Positions 54,775 to 64,000 of a stretch of DNA of 64,000 nt are shown here, one piece after another. Below the pieces are notes generated by a model that saw nothing but the letters and a program-made list of their open reading frames with translations, had not been told where the DNA came from and did no database searches. Each line of letters begins with the position of its first letter. Position 1 is the stretch's first letter. A program made the position numbers and the translations under genes. The stretch spans positions 47,616,001-47,680,000 of the forward strand of contig CM060734.1 of NCBI GenBank assembly GCA_030704615.1. The letters run 5' to 3'. This DNA is from Takakia lepidozioides (taxonomy: Eukaryota > Plantae > Bryophyta).

Positions 54775-57300
54775 TCTAGTTGCACACGTCGCGCCGCGTT
54801 CCATTAGATCTAACGCTGATGCGACCTACGTCACGTCTTTTTTTCTATAATATAAATAAAATAATATGAGGTTTAGAAAAAGATATGAGGTTAAAACAAA
54901 TGTCACATCAGTAGCCATTTCGCATTGACTGACACGTTGACATATTAATAACACCACAGTTAATTAAAAACTAAAACAATAACTGCGACTACCATACATT
55001 GACAGTCGCACCTAATTAATTTTTTTAAATAAATGCAACCGTCAATATTGACAGTTGTACATAATTTTCAAGTAAAATATGTGCGACTGCTAAAATTCGG
55101 TGATCGTATGGTATTTTTTTAATTTAAAATACGTGTGACTGCCAAAATTCCTCGGCCGTATGTAAATGTTTTTTGAAAAATAAGCGCGACCACCAAAATT
55201 CAGGAGTCGCATGTAATTTAATTTTTACAAAAATTAGTGCGACTTCCAATTCTAGCAGTTACACCTATATGAAGCATAAAAAAAATACGTGCGATTGTAA
55301 GAATTAGCAGTTGCACAAATAGATTATATATATATATATATGCGACCGTTAATTCTGGCAACAGGTACACACTGACATGATGTCATGTTTTCGATTTTGT
55401 TAGGTCACGTTGGATCTAACGCTGACGTAGACCTACGTCACGTCAGTTTTATATGAAAGAGTTAAAAAAATATAGGGTATATGCCACATAAACTTTAAAA
55501 AAATATGAAAAAATAGCCACGTGGCCTAAACAAACAACTAAAAATTGCGATTGGGCTGGGAAGATTTGCAGCAGAGGCATGACTTCTAAGAAGTTGAAGA
55601 ACCAGAGCGAATAATTGAAGATCATTCTCGGCAGAAAGAATTCAAGCAATGACACTAAAGAAACAAAATCAAGTTGCGCACCAACAAAAATGTCGTAAAA
55701 ACTGTAGAGAAATATAGATGTGTAGAACCCACATAGAAGCGTTGACCCAACTTACGTTCCATGGGATGTTCGTGAGGTTCGGAGACTTGCAGATCTCAAT
55801 TCGTGCATTACATTGATACCTCCCTTGCAATTTGACCAGGTCCTTAGAGTATAAAGATGGTCATGGAGAGGGTTTTATCTAATGAAAAAGTCATAACAAA
55901 CACACCAGACTAATACGCTCGCTCTTGCAAAACAAGAGGTCATAGCAAATATGAATAAATATTTAGAGGCCATTAAACAAACAAATTTAATTTCCCTGCT
56001 TATGAGTAAAGATTGTCTTCTGATAGCTAATACGACTGTTGCGTCATCCTCTTCCACAAGAGAGTTGACAAAAGTTCTCGACGTGCATCGTAGATATATT
56101 GGAATCGCAATTGAAAGACGTAAAGGTGATTAGTGAGTCGGCTATGATAATTTGTAAGCTTGATAATTTAGGACCGCTAGAGCTGGCTGTGTTCCACCCA
56201 TGCATGATCTCTCAAGCTAGCTGTATGGCATCAATCAGATTGGCCAATCCAGCAAGCTGTGCATGAATGAAGCCCATGCTACACTACAATTCATATGAGC
56301 CACCTTTGGAAAAATCTTCTGCAAAAGAAGTAGCAACAGTTGATCTTACCATTCTTCTTGGACACCTCACCTACTTTGGCACGACTTGGCAAGGGATGTG
56401 GAGCATCACATTCTAGCACCACCCAAACATGTTGCAAGTAATATGCGGAATACCTTCACTGGAATCTGCACCAATCCACACAGTCATCACGATTCAACAA
56501 GTTACAATAAGAATTGGCCCAGATGAGAAGTTAAAGTAGTCCTCCTAGGTACAACATAGCATATTCCTGTTTGGAGCATCATACAGTGCAGTATATTGCA
56601 TCATAACTAAAGGCCAAGGAATTGCAGTGCGGAAAACTCTCCACACCTGTGTGAATGATAATAACCCCACGGGGACCGCTAGAGTTGGCATCATGATTTA
56701 TTATTATTATTTTAAATTGAGAATGTCAGAACTGACAGTCCCAAAATATCAAAAAATATTTAATAATAACGACCACCAGCTCTAACGCTATCAAATTATC
56801 AAAAACATATTTAATCAATCGGGACCGCCAGCTCTGATAGTCTTTTTTTCAAAAACATTCAATAAAACATAACCATCAAAGCTGGTAATCCCCAATTTTC
56901 TTTAAAAAATATTATTTTAAAATAAAATTGGGATCGCCAGAGTTGGTGGTCTCAATTTATTTATTTTTTCTATTTTGAATAAAATCGGGAGCTCCAGACT
57001 AGCGGTCCCGATATTTTTTTTCTAAGATCCGGTCCGCCAAAACTGACGGTCTTAATTTCATTAAGATTTTTAGTTTTTTTTAAAATTAAAATCGAGAACG
57101 TCAAAGCCACATTCATATTTATTTATTTATTGTATTATAATCGGGACCGCCAGAACATGTCATTTCGTGCAACTAGTCGCCTTATGTTTTAAGAAAAATA
57201 ATACGTGCGACCGTCAGACTTGACGGTCGCATCCATTAACAGAAGGATGAACGTATGATAGGTAGATCGGATGGATACACGCTGGATGAACCTATTTTAG
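54775..57300. mobile_element. Non-autonomous DNA-transposon-like region with subterminal repeat arrays
   Basis: Arrays of GCGACT/AGTCGC (54980-55350) and GGGACCGCCAG-like motifs (56670-57230) separated by A/T tracts. Inverted CTAGTTGCAC (~54777) / GTGCAACTAG (~57167); hairpin TGCGACCGTCA-GACT-TGACGGTCGCA (~57207-57232). Confidence 0.5.
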
Positions 57301-58591
57301 AATTAAATACTTTATTATATTAGAACAACTACTTTTGGATCATGATGTAATAATAAAGCATGTTTTACGTGTGAAGGACATCGTTTGTCATTTAGGTAGC
57401 ATGTGATCAGTTGACACATGGTCTCCTGATTAGCCTTTGGCATTTTTATTTAAGCAGGACACTCAAGCCCGAAAGGGTGGTGATGATTTTGGTATAAAAT
57501 AATGTACATCAAGTGTGTCCAGTGGTGGATGAATGATTGTGTGAGTGAAAGATGAACACAGACTGAGAGTTTCTCTACAGTTGATTTATCCCATATCTGC
57601 AAGCTGACTCTGTCGACTACGTTTTCCTCTTGCTTGAATAGTCACGGAGAGGAGTGAGGAATAATCTTGTAAGCTGGAATATTGGTGGAGATGGAAGACA
57701 GAGTCAATGCCGTTAGTAAGGAATGAATGAAGTACGATGTACCTGAGAGTCGGTAGATCGATGACGCAATGGGTTAATGATTTAAAAAGTGAGGGTATCA
57801 CGATGGCGACTGGCGTCATGGTTGATGTGTGCTACGTTTTCAGGTATCAACATAGCCAAGGTAGAGGAGCATGCTTAATCTATCTTGCCACTGCAAGGCG
57901 CAGCGGAAAGAGTAGCGTCGCAAAGTGCATGGGACGTTGCAAGGGGCCTGGGCTGGACGCCGGTTGCAAAGCTTGCATGCCAAGGAGATTGCACTCAAAA
58001 TCCCTTTAAATGAGGCCAACGAATAATATTTGTGGGGGAGGGGGATAGAACCTTAACTGGGCCGAGCTGAGCATTCCCCAGTTCGCAGTGACGCGAGAGT
58101 TTGTATTGAGTTAGAGAGCTTCTTGGCGTCTCCTAAATCTAGCCTATTGAGGTTGTGGGAATTCATTAAATGGGGCACAACGTTGTTGTTTGCAAAACCT
58201 AAATAATTTGTTTCTCCTTCTCCCACCCAATACCCCATTTGAGAAGAAGTATCCGCTGGGATCATGGCTGTAAGATTGTTTGCCTTCTAGTAATATGTGA
58301 TTTTCTGAGGATTCTCAACGGGGGAACAATCACGAACTAGGGGGCAAATAGTCTCTTGAACTCAGGTGGCTGATGCCTAAACTTGAATTAGCTCTTCATT
58401 ATCTGGACAGTCGAGTAGCTCTCTAGGGAATCAGTCATGAATGCTTAAGCTTCAGTCCAGTCAGATTTGCTCGCTCAAAGTGCTAAACTTGTTCTATAAG
58501 CTTAGGTTAGACATCAAGGTTCAGAGGCCAGGGCAATAGCAGTTTATGTAGAGTTAAAGTTATAGCTGGGGACACTCAAAAGTGCTAACCA

Positions 58592-59251
58592 ATGGATATT
58601 GCGCGGCAGGTACTTGAAACCGAGGAAATGATAAGCTATATGAAAAGTTTTCTATCTGTCGACAACACATTGGGTCTCCCAAATTCTCCTCGAATCTCCC
58701 AGGGACAGGGATCCACTATCGATTCCAGAGCTTCTATTTCCACTGCAAGCCTCCTCCATGAGCAAAGACATGGGTCAATTCTGGAATATCAAGGCACGAG
58801 GGACTCGACGTTCAGCATTTCTAGTGTCGCTCTTGTGTCGAACCCAAACCTGATGGCGCCGGTTCCAGAATCTAGTCAGCCTTCCACTTTCAATGATACT
58901 TTTGGGTGCCTAAACTTATTTCATGACTTTCAGCCTGTAGAGTTTGAAAATCCAGTTGGGCAGGCCCCAACAGTTTTGAACGAGGTCGATTTAAATGCAA
59001 GAAGATTGCCGATTAGTACATCACTGCTAGTTTTCCAATGGGATTTGCCCGTGGATCAATGTGACGAAGACTTACTCTTGGCATCTACCATGCAGAACCC
59101 AATTGGACCATATTCTGAACCGCAGTTACCTTTAACTCCTTCACTTCCGTCATCTGTCTCCCAACTACTCGAAGCAAGGTCTCATGGCGTTCAGATGGGC
59201 CAGGTATCTACACCACAACAAATTGAAAGCAGAGACTCTGCCTGGGGATAG
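58592..59251 (+). other. Unassigned 219-aa Ser/Pro-rich ORF
   Basis: ATG-initiated open frame with no recognisable domain; lies just left of a CACTA terminus. Confidence 0.25.
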
Positions 59252-59444
59252 AACCCCACTGTGTTGGCGTCTACAACTGCTACCGTCCCCACTTATGAGG
59301 CCCCGCTTGTGCGTAGCCGTGATCCGAGCTCCGTTGTCTCTATACGGCATGTGGCTTTTCAGCACTCCCGCACATCCCCCTTTCAAGGCCTGGGGGCACG
59401 TTTGCAACAAGTTTCCACACCGTGTCAGTGATGTGGCGATCTTT

Positions 59445-62400
59445 CACTACAAGAGATGAGCGTTTTTAGGACTACGGCTTTGGCGGAGTCATAAAAACTG
59501 CACTAAGTAGATGACTACAGAGCGCTGAAATGCATTGCAGTCATAGTTTTATGACTTTGTAGTAATGGATATCAGTACATGACTCCGGAAAGTTAGGGAG
59601 CATTGGTCAAAAATTGTTGACCATCATGACATGGATGGTTTATATGACTAGTGTGATATGTTTGACTACATGTGGACGACGTTTCATGGAATCTTATGAC
59701 TCCGTGACTGAAGATGGTTTCACAGCTCTATTTATACGACTACATCACTACACGTGTCATTTTGAAGGCACATATAATGCAAATAAGGTTGCCCAGTAGG
59801 TTTTAAAAAGTTAAAAAGTTGTCAATAAGGTTGCCCATTAGGGTAATCGTGAACAGAAAGGAGGGCTGGGACTTGGCGTTTTTTTGTCTCCTGCGCCACA
59901 CCACATAGCCGAGGGATGGAACGCGATGATAGCAGGATATGCAGGGGCGTGGGATGGAGGCGTTGAGCAAATGATGCACGAAGGAGAAGAGGAGGAGGAG
60001 AGGAGATGAGGAGAAGCGAGTTTGCCGTTCTTGGGAGAGTCAGCTTGGTCTTAGCAGGCGTGTTTCAATCTCTGACTATGGCTTGGGGGAGCATGGAGGG
60101 AAGGGGCAACCACTCTAGTCCTGCTCCATAATGAATACATTTTTAACTGTGTATGCCTGGGTATGCTTGGAAAGCAGGAACAATTAAATTTGTGTATCTT
60201 GACCATTAAGTATGCTGCAGGTGGGAGGGAGGGTGACGTCGATTCAACAGCTATTCCATGTCACAAGAAACGTACTCTTTCCAACAGACCTCTGTCTGAT
60301 GGAGCTACTCAGGGTACAGGAACTGAGGATATTAAGAACTCGAAAACTGATAGCGAGCTATTGTCACAGCCCAATCCATGTGACTTCAACAACATAATCA
60401 AGGAGCAGAGAGAGGTGGACACTGGAGTCAGCAACTATAATGTACTAGACAAAGCTTCTAAGGAGCTGGAAACCAGACTTCACAAGCCAGGAGGAGATAC
60501 CTTTGACTCCCTCAATGGTTGTCCTTCAGGAGAACCAGATATGTCCCTGCAGATTTCTGCCAACCCAGTCAGAGTACGCAAGAAACCCTCAGTTCAGAGT
60601 ATCAATCAGGTCTCCGTCCCTGCTTCTAATCCAGTCCGGCACAAGAAGTTCGTTGAAAAGTTATTGGCCCGCAGCGACCAGAATGGTGGTGCAGGAGGCC
60701 TAGTATGGAAAGCCGTCCTTGGGAGAAGTGACTTACACCCCTCTTGAGCAGCAAGTGGTGGAACTCAAGGCCAGGTACATACCCTCTTCCTAATAGCCAG
60801 AACATTCCTTTGGGACTCTCTAGCCAAGTTCATATTTGAGGAGTGTTTTATTGCCCTTTGAACTTGCAGTTACTTTAAAGAGAGAATATTTATTCCATAT
60901 CGTTGGCCCACTTTGCAGTTTTGTGAATGACCATGGAATAAATAGACCCATGGACAAATGTTGAGACAGACTGTTTCATTGGGTGATGTAGGTACCGAGA
61001 TGTGGTGCTGCTAATTGAAGTGGGCTATAAGTTTCGGTTCTTTGGAGGTGATGCAGAGACAGCCGCGCATGTGCTGGGCATCTTTGCCCACTATGACCAC
61101 AACTTTCTCACAGCAAGCATTCCCACTTTCAGACTTCATGTGCATGTGCGGCGCCTTGTGGAATCTGGGTATAAAGTTGGGGTTGTCAGACAAACAGAGA
61201 CAGAAGCAATCAAAGCACACGGGGCAAACAAAACTGGGCCTTTCACCCGTAATCTCTCGGCCCTCTACACCCAGGCAACGCTTGAGGCTGTTGAAGATCT
61301 AGGAGGAGAGACACAGGGAAGGGTTGGGCGCTTGAGTACCTATCTCATGTGCATTGCAGAACAGCCATTATTGCATGGCTGGAGCCCTAACAAGGCACGT
61401 GTTGGCCTGCCCGGAAGAATGGGTGAGATGGCTGCTGCTGAAGAGGGGGGGCGATTTGGGTTAAAAGGAGACAGAAAAGCAAGCAGTTTTGATACACGGT
61501 TTGGGGTTGTGGCTGTAGAGACTGCAACAGGGGATGTTATGTATGGTGATTTTAAAGGACACGGTGATGCGTACTGAGCTGGAGGCACGGTTGCTGACAT
61601 GTTCCCCAGCTGAGCTCCTCCTTGCAACACCTCTGGCTTCAGCAACTGAAAAGGTGGGTATACCGCGTTGCTGTTGCAATTATTCCTACTCTTTTGTGGT
61701 TTTGTGTATAAGGGATTTGGGAGCTTGTGCAGGGCAGTAAGAAGAAGTTTGTTGATGTTCTTAAGTGCATTTGTGGGTGTAGCTTTTGATGGAATTTGCA
61801 GGGCCTGCCTCAGAGGTTCGTGTTGAACGCATGCCACGTAATTGCTTTAAAGACGGGGGAGCTGTTGCTGAGGTGGTCGCTTTTTATGGAAGCCAGTCCA
61901 ATCGAAACTCAAGTGTGGTAGGCACTGCTTCAGAGGGAGAAATGTCCCCCAAAGAGGAGAAGGTGGATGAAGGCTTGTAGGTGAGCTGGGCACAATAAAT
62001 CCTCTCCATGTCTTCCTCTGATATGTGCCTCCTGCCCTCCCTGCTTGCATTTTGTAACTGGATGGATGTTCTTGGGATGCAGGCAGTGATGGCAATGCCA
62101 GACATAGTTGTGCAAGCAAAATTGGCACCGCTTTGCGCTACCTTAAACAGTTTGGACTCGAGAAAGTCCTACGCTTGGGGGCTTCATTTCGTCCTTTTGC
62201 TGGGCAGAATGAGATGAGCCTTTCACCAAACATTCTCCGCCAGCTTGAGGTTTGTTCCAGAGTATTGCTTAATAGGTTGAGGTTTGTCTGGGCAAACAAC
62301 CAACGTGGCCAGCCACTTGTCTTATAATTAAATGTTTCTGATGGCTCCCCCTGCAATAATGGATAGTAATCCAACCCCATAAATGCATGGCACACAAAGT

Positions 62401-64000
62401 TGCTTGATATTGAGGTGACCTCTTACAGAAATTATTTTGTCAGATAGTTAAACAATCTGTTAAATCCCCAGCAGTGAGGGACAAAAAACTAGGACATCAG
62501 TTGGATGCTACAATGAGGAAAATATAAGTTTGGCTTCTTCCTCACTTTTGTCACCCTCTCCATGAATATCTCTGGTTGGCGCTCAAACCCTGTTGAGCTG
62601 TAGATGTTGTCCATGCCAATGCATTCTTCTTCACCAAATCCATGTTTTTGCCCTAAATCCTTGATGTCTTGGCTGGATTTTGCAGAATAGGCATCCCATC
62701 CCCTATTTTGGCCTTCTTTGCACTTCCCCGTGTCAACATGTTGATGTGGGGTGTTGTTGTAGTCTTATTGGAGTGTGATCACTTATATGGTATATCTCGT
62801 CCAACTCATCCAGTGCCTCCAGCTCATTATGAGTGAACTGACATGATACTTGTGCTGTTGGTTGCATCATGTACTCCGTGCTTGGCAGTGGGTAAGCTTC
62901 TCCTCCTTCCACGTACTCATTGATCACTGCAAAAGGTACTCCATACATCTTCCCTTGAGGTCCTGCCCCTTTTTTTGCTTCTGTGATTGATTCAACTTTG
63001 CTGAAAGTTTACCAAGACCCATGTTGGGTTAGCGTGTGACGTGACGACTGTGTCTCATGTTATTACAGATATTGCACAGTGTTCTTTGTTTGGGCCTTCT
63101 GATGCCTTGTCTGATGGACTCAAGTCTATCAAAATCAACTTGTATCCACTATGCTTCCATGTTGTTGCTGTCAGCAGCTTGTTCTTCTGCCAGCTGAACC
63201 CCGACAGGGCCTGGGTCTTCCCTTCTGCCCGCATCAGGGTCCTTGATTCTAGTAGCACCAGAACAAACTAGTATTACAACAATTTAGCCCATGTGTGGGC
63301 TTGCTTATTTTTGCTTACTGGACCTTTTCAGGCGTGGATTTTTGGACCTTGTGGCCTTTGAGGTGTCCATTGGGACATTGGTCTCATTTGGATTTTTGTA
63401 ATATAATTTACACGGCGTGTATTCCCCTGAACTTGTCTATTTTGAATGTCCTTGTGGTTGCTAGTATGCAAGAGGGGTCCATTCTTTTTTTATATCAGAA
63501 TTTCACCATGTAATGAAGAATTTAAATCATTTAATCTATTTTTATTTTATATAACATTATTAAATTAAACAATAATACCATTTAATAAAATTTTCCAAGC
63601 TGCTATCCCCTGTTTTCAAAAATAAAATATAAATTTAAGAATTTAAAATTACAAATATAACTATTAAATTATTTTCAGAGACATTCTTGATGACACGTGG
63701 CATAAACCCTGCCATATATGCTAGTCATATATTATGTCTAAGTGCCACATGTCACATCTGAAGTGCAACAGGTGTCGTGACGTGTTGCTTGCGCAGTGGT
63801 GCACGTGTTCCTCTAAAGCCTCTCCATGTAGGCAACGCTCATCAGACAATGTAGTCATATAGTTAGTCGCATGTAAGTCATAGAGTTGTAACTACATCAC
63901 TCTCTTATGCATGACTCCAGGTGCCACGCACGCAGTCACGGCTACGACTTGCAAAATGCAGTCCTAAAGACTAGTCGCTATGACAGGGCTTTTTTCACTA
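59445..64000. mobile_element. Non-autonomous CACTA element carrying gene fragments (Pack-CACTA-like)
   Basis: Left end CACTACAAGAGA at 59445, followed by GACTAC/ATGACT/AGTCAT subterminal repeats to about 59750. The same motifs recur inverted at 63840-63990 (TTTAGGACTAC vs GCAGTCCTAAA). The window ends in TTTTTTCACTA. No transposase inside. Confidence 0.7.
60163..62249 (+). pseudogene. MSH3: Truncated, frameshifted MSH3 (MutS homolog 3) fragment with introns
   Basis: Exons 60163-60774, 60992-61653, 61783-61980, 62083-62249: YTPLEQQVVELKAR/Y, LIEVGYKFRFFG, FLTASIPTFRLHVHVRRLV, RNLSALYT, MSLSPNILRQLE. Frameshifts near 60710, 61555, 62120 and in-frame TAG at 61978-61980. No downstream core/ATPase exons in the window. 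Confidence 0.85.

Noticed and set aside
60163-62249. Functional MSH3 gene
   Set aside because: Three frameshifts, an in-frame stop, no downstream exons in the window, and enclosure by CACTA-type ends.
62500-63270. Minus-strand ORFs of 67-71 aa as a host gene
   Set aside because: Fragmented frames with a decayed zinc-knuckle-like CNICNNMRH inside the CACTA element; most likely retroelement debris.

Overview
Eukaryotic nuclear DNA from a land plant, probably a non-seed plant (CDKB with PSTALRE, bryophyte/lycophyte-style PLS-DYW PPRs). Spliced host genes reconstructed by hand: a conserved multi-pass membrane protein (8.1-12.9 kb, +), a MiaA/IPT9-type tRNA isopentenyltransferase (14.5-19.8 kb, +), a peroxisomal SDR (-), an intron-containing tRNA-Arg(CCG), a COA6/COX6B-like protein, CDKB, and an intronless MFS transporter. 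SINE, LINE, LTR-like and CACTA debris is interspersed. The standout is a divergent pair of PLS-class PPR-DYW genes (31-41.4 kb). Their small upstream exons, largely missed by the ORF track, splice together into OSB-type 'PDF' motifs, known from organellar ssDNA-binding proteins. The plus-strand copy (1 PDF + 23 PPR + E/DYW) looks intact. The minus-strand copy (3 PDF + a recently amplified 303-bp PLS array + DYW) is frameshifted. A probable Pack-CACTA at the right end carries an MSH3 fragment plus short pieces matching the neighbouring PDF-PPR gene. Exon boundaries are inferred from GT-AG sites and reading frame, not from transcripts.
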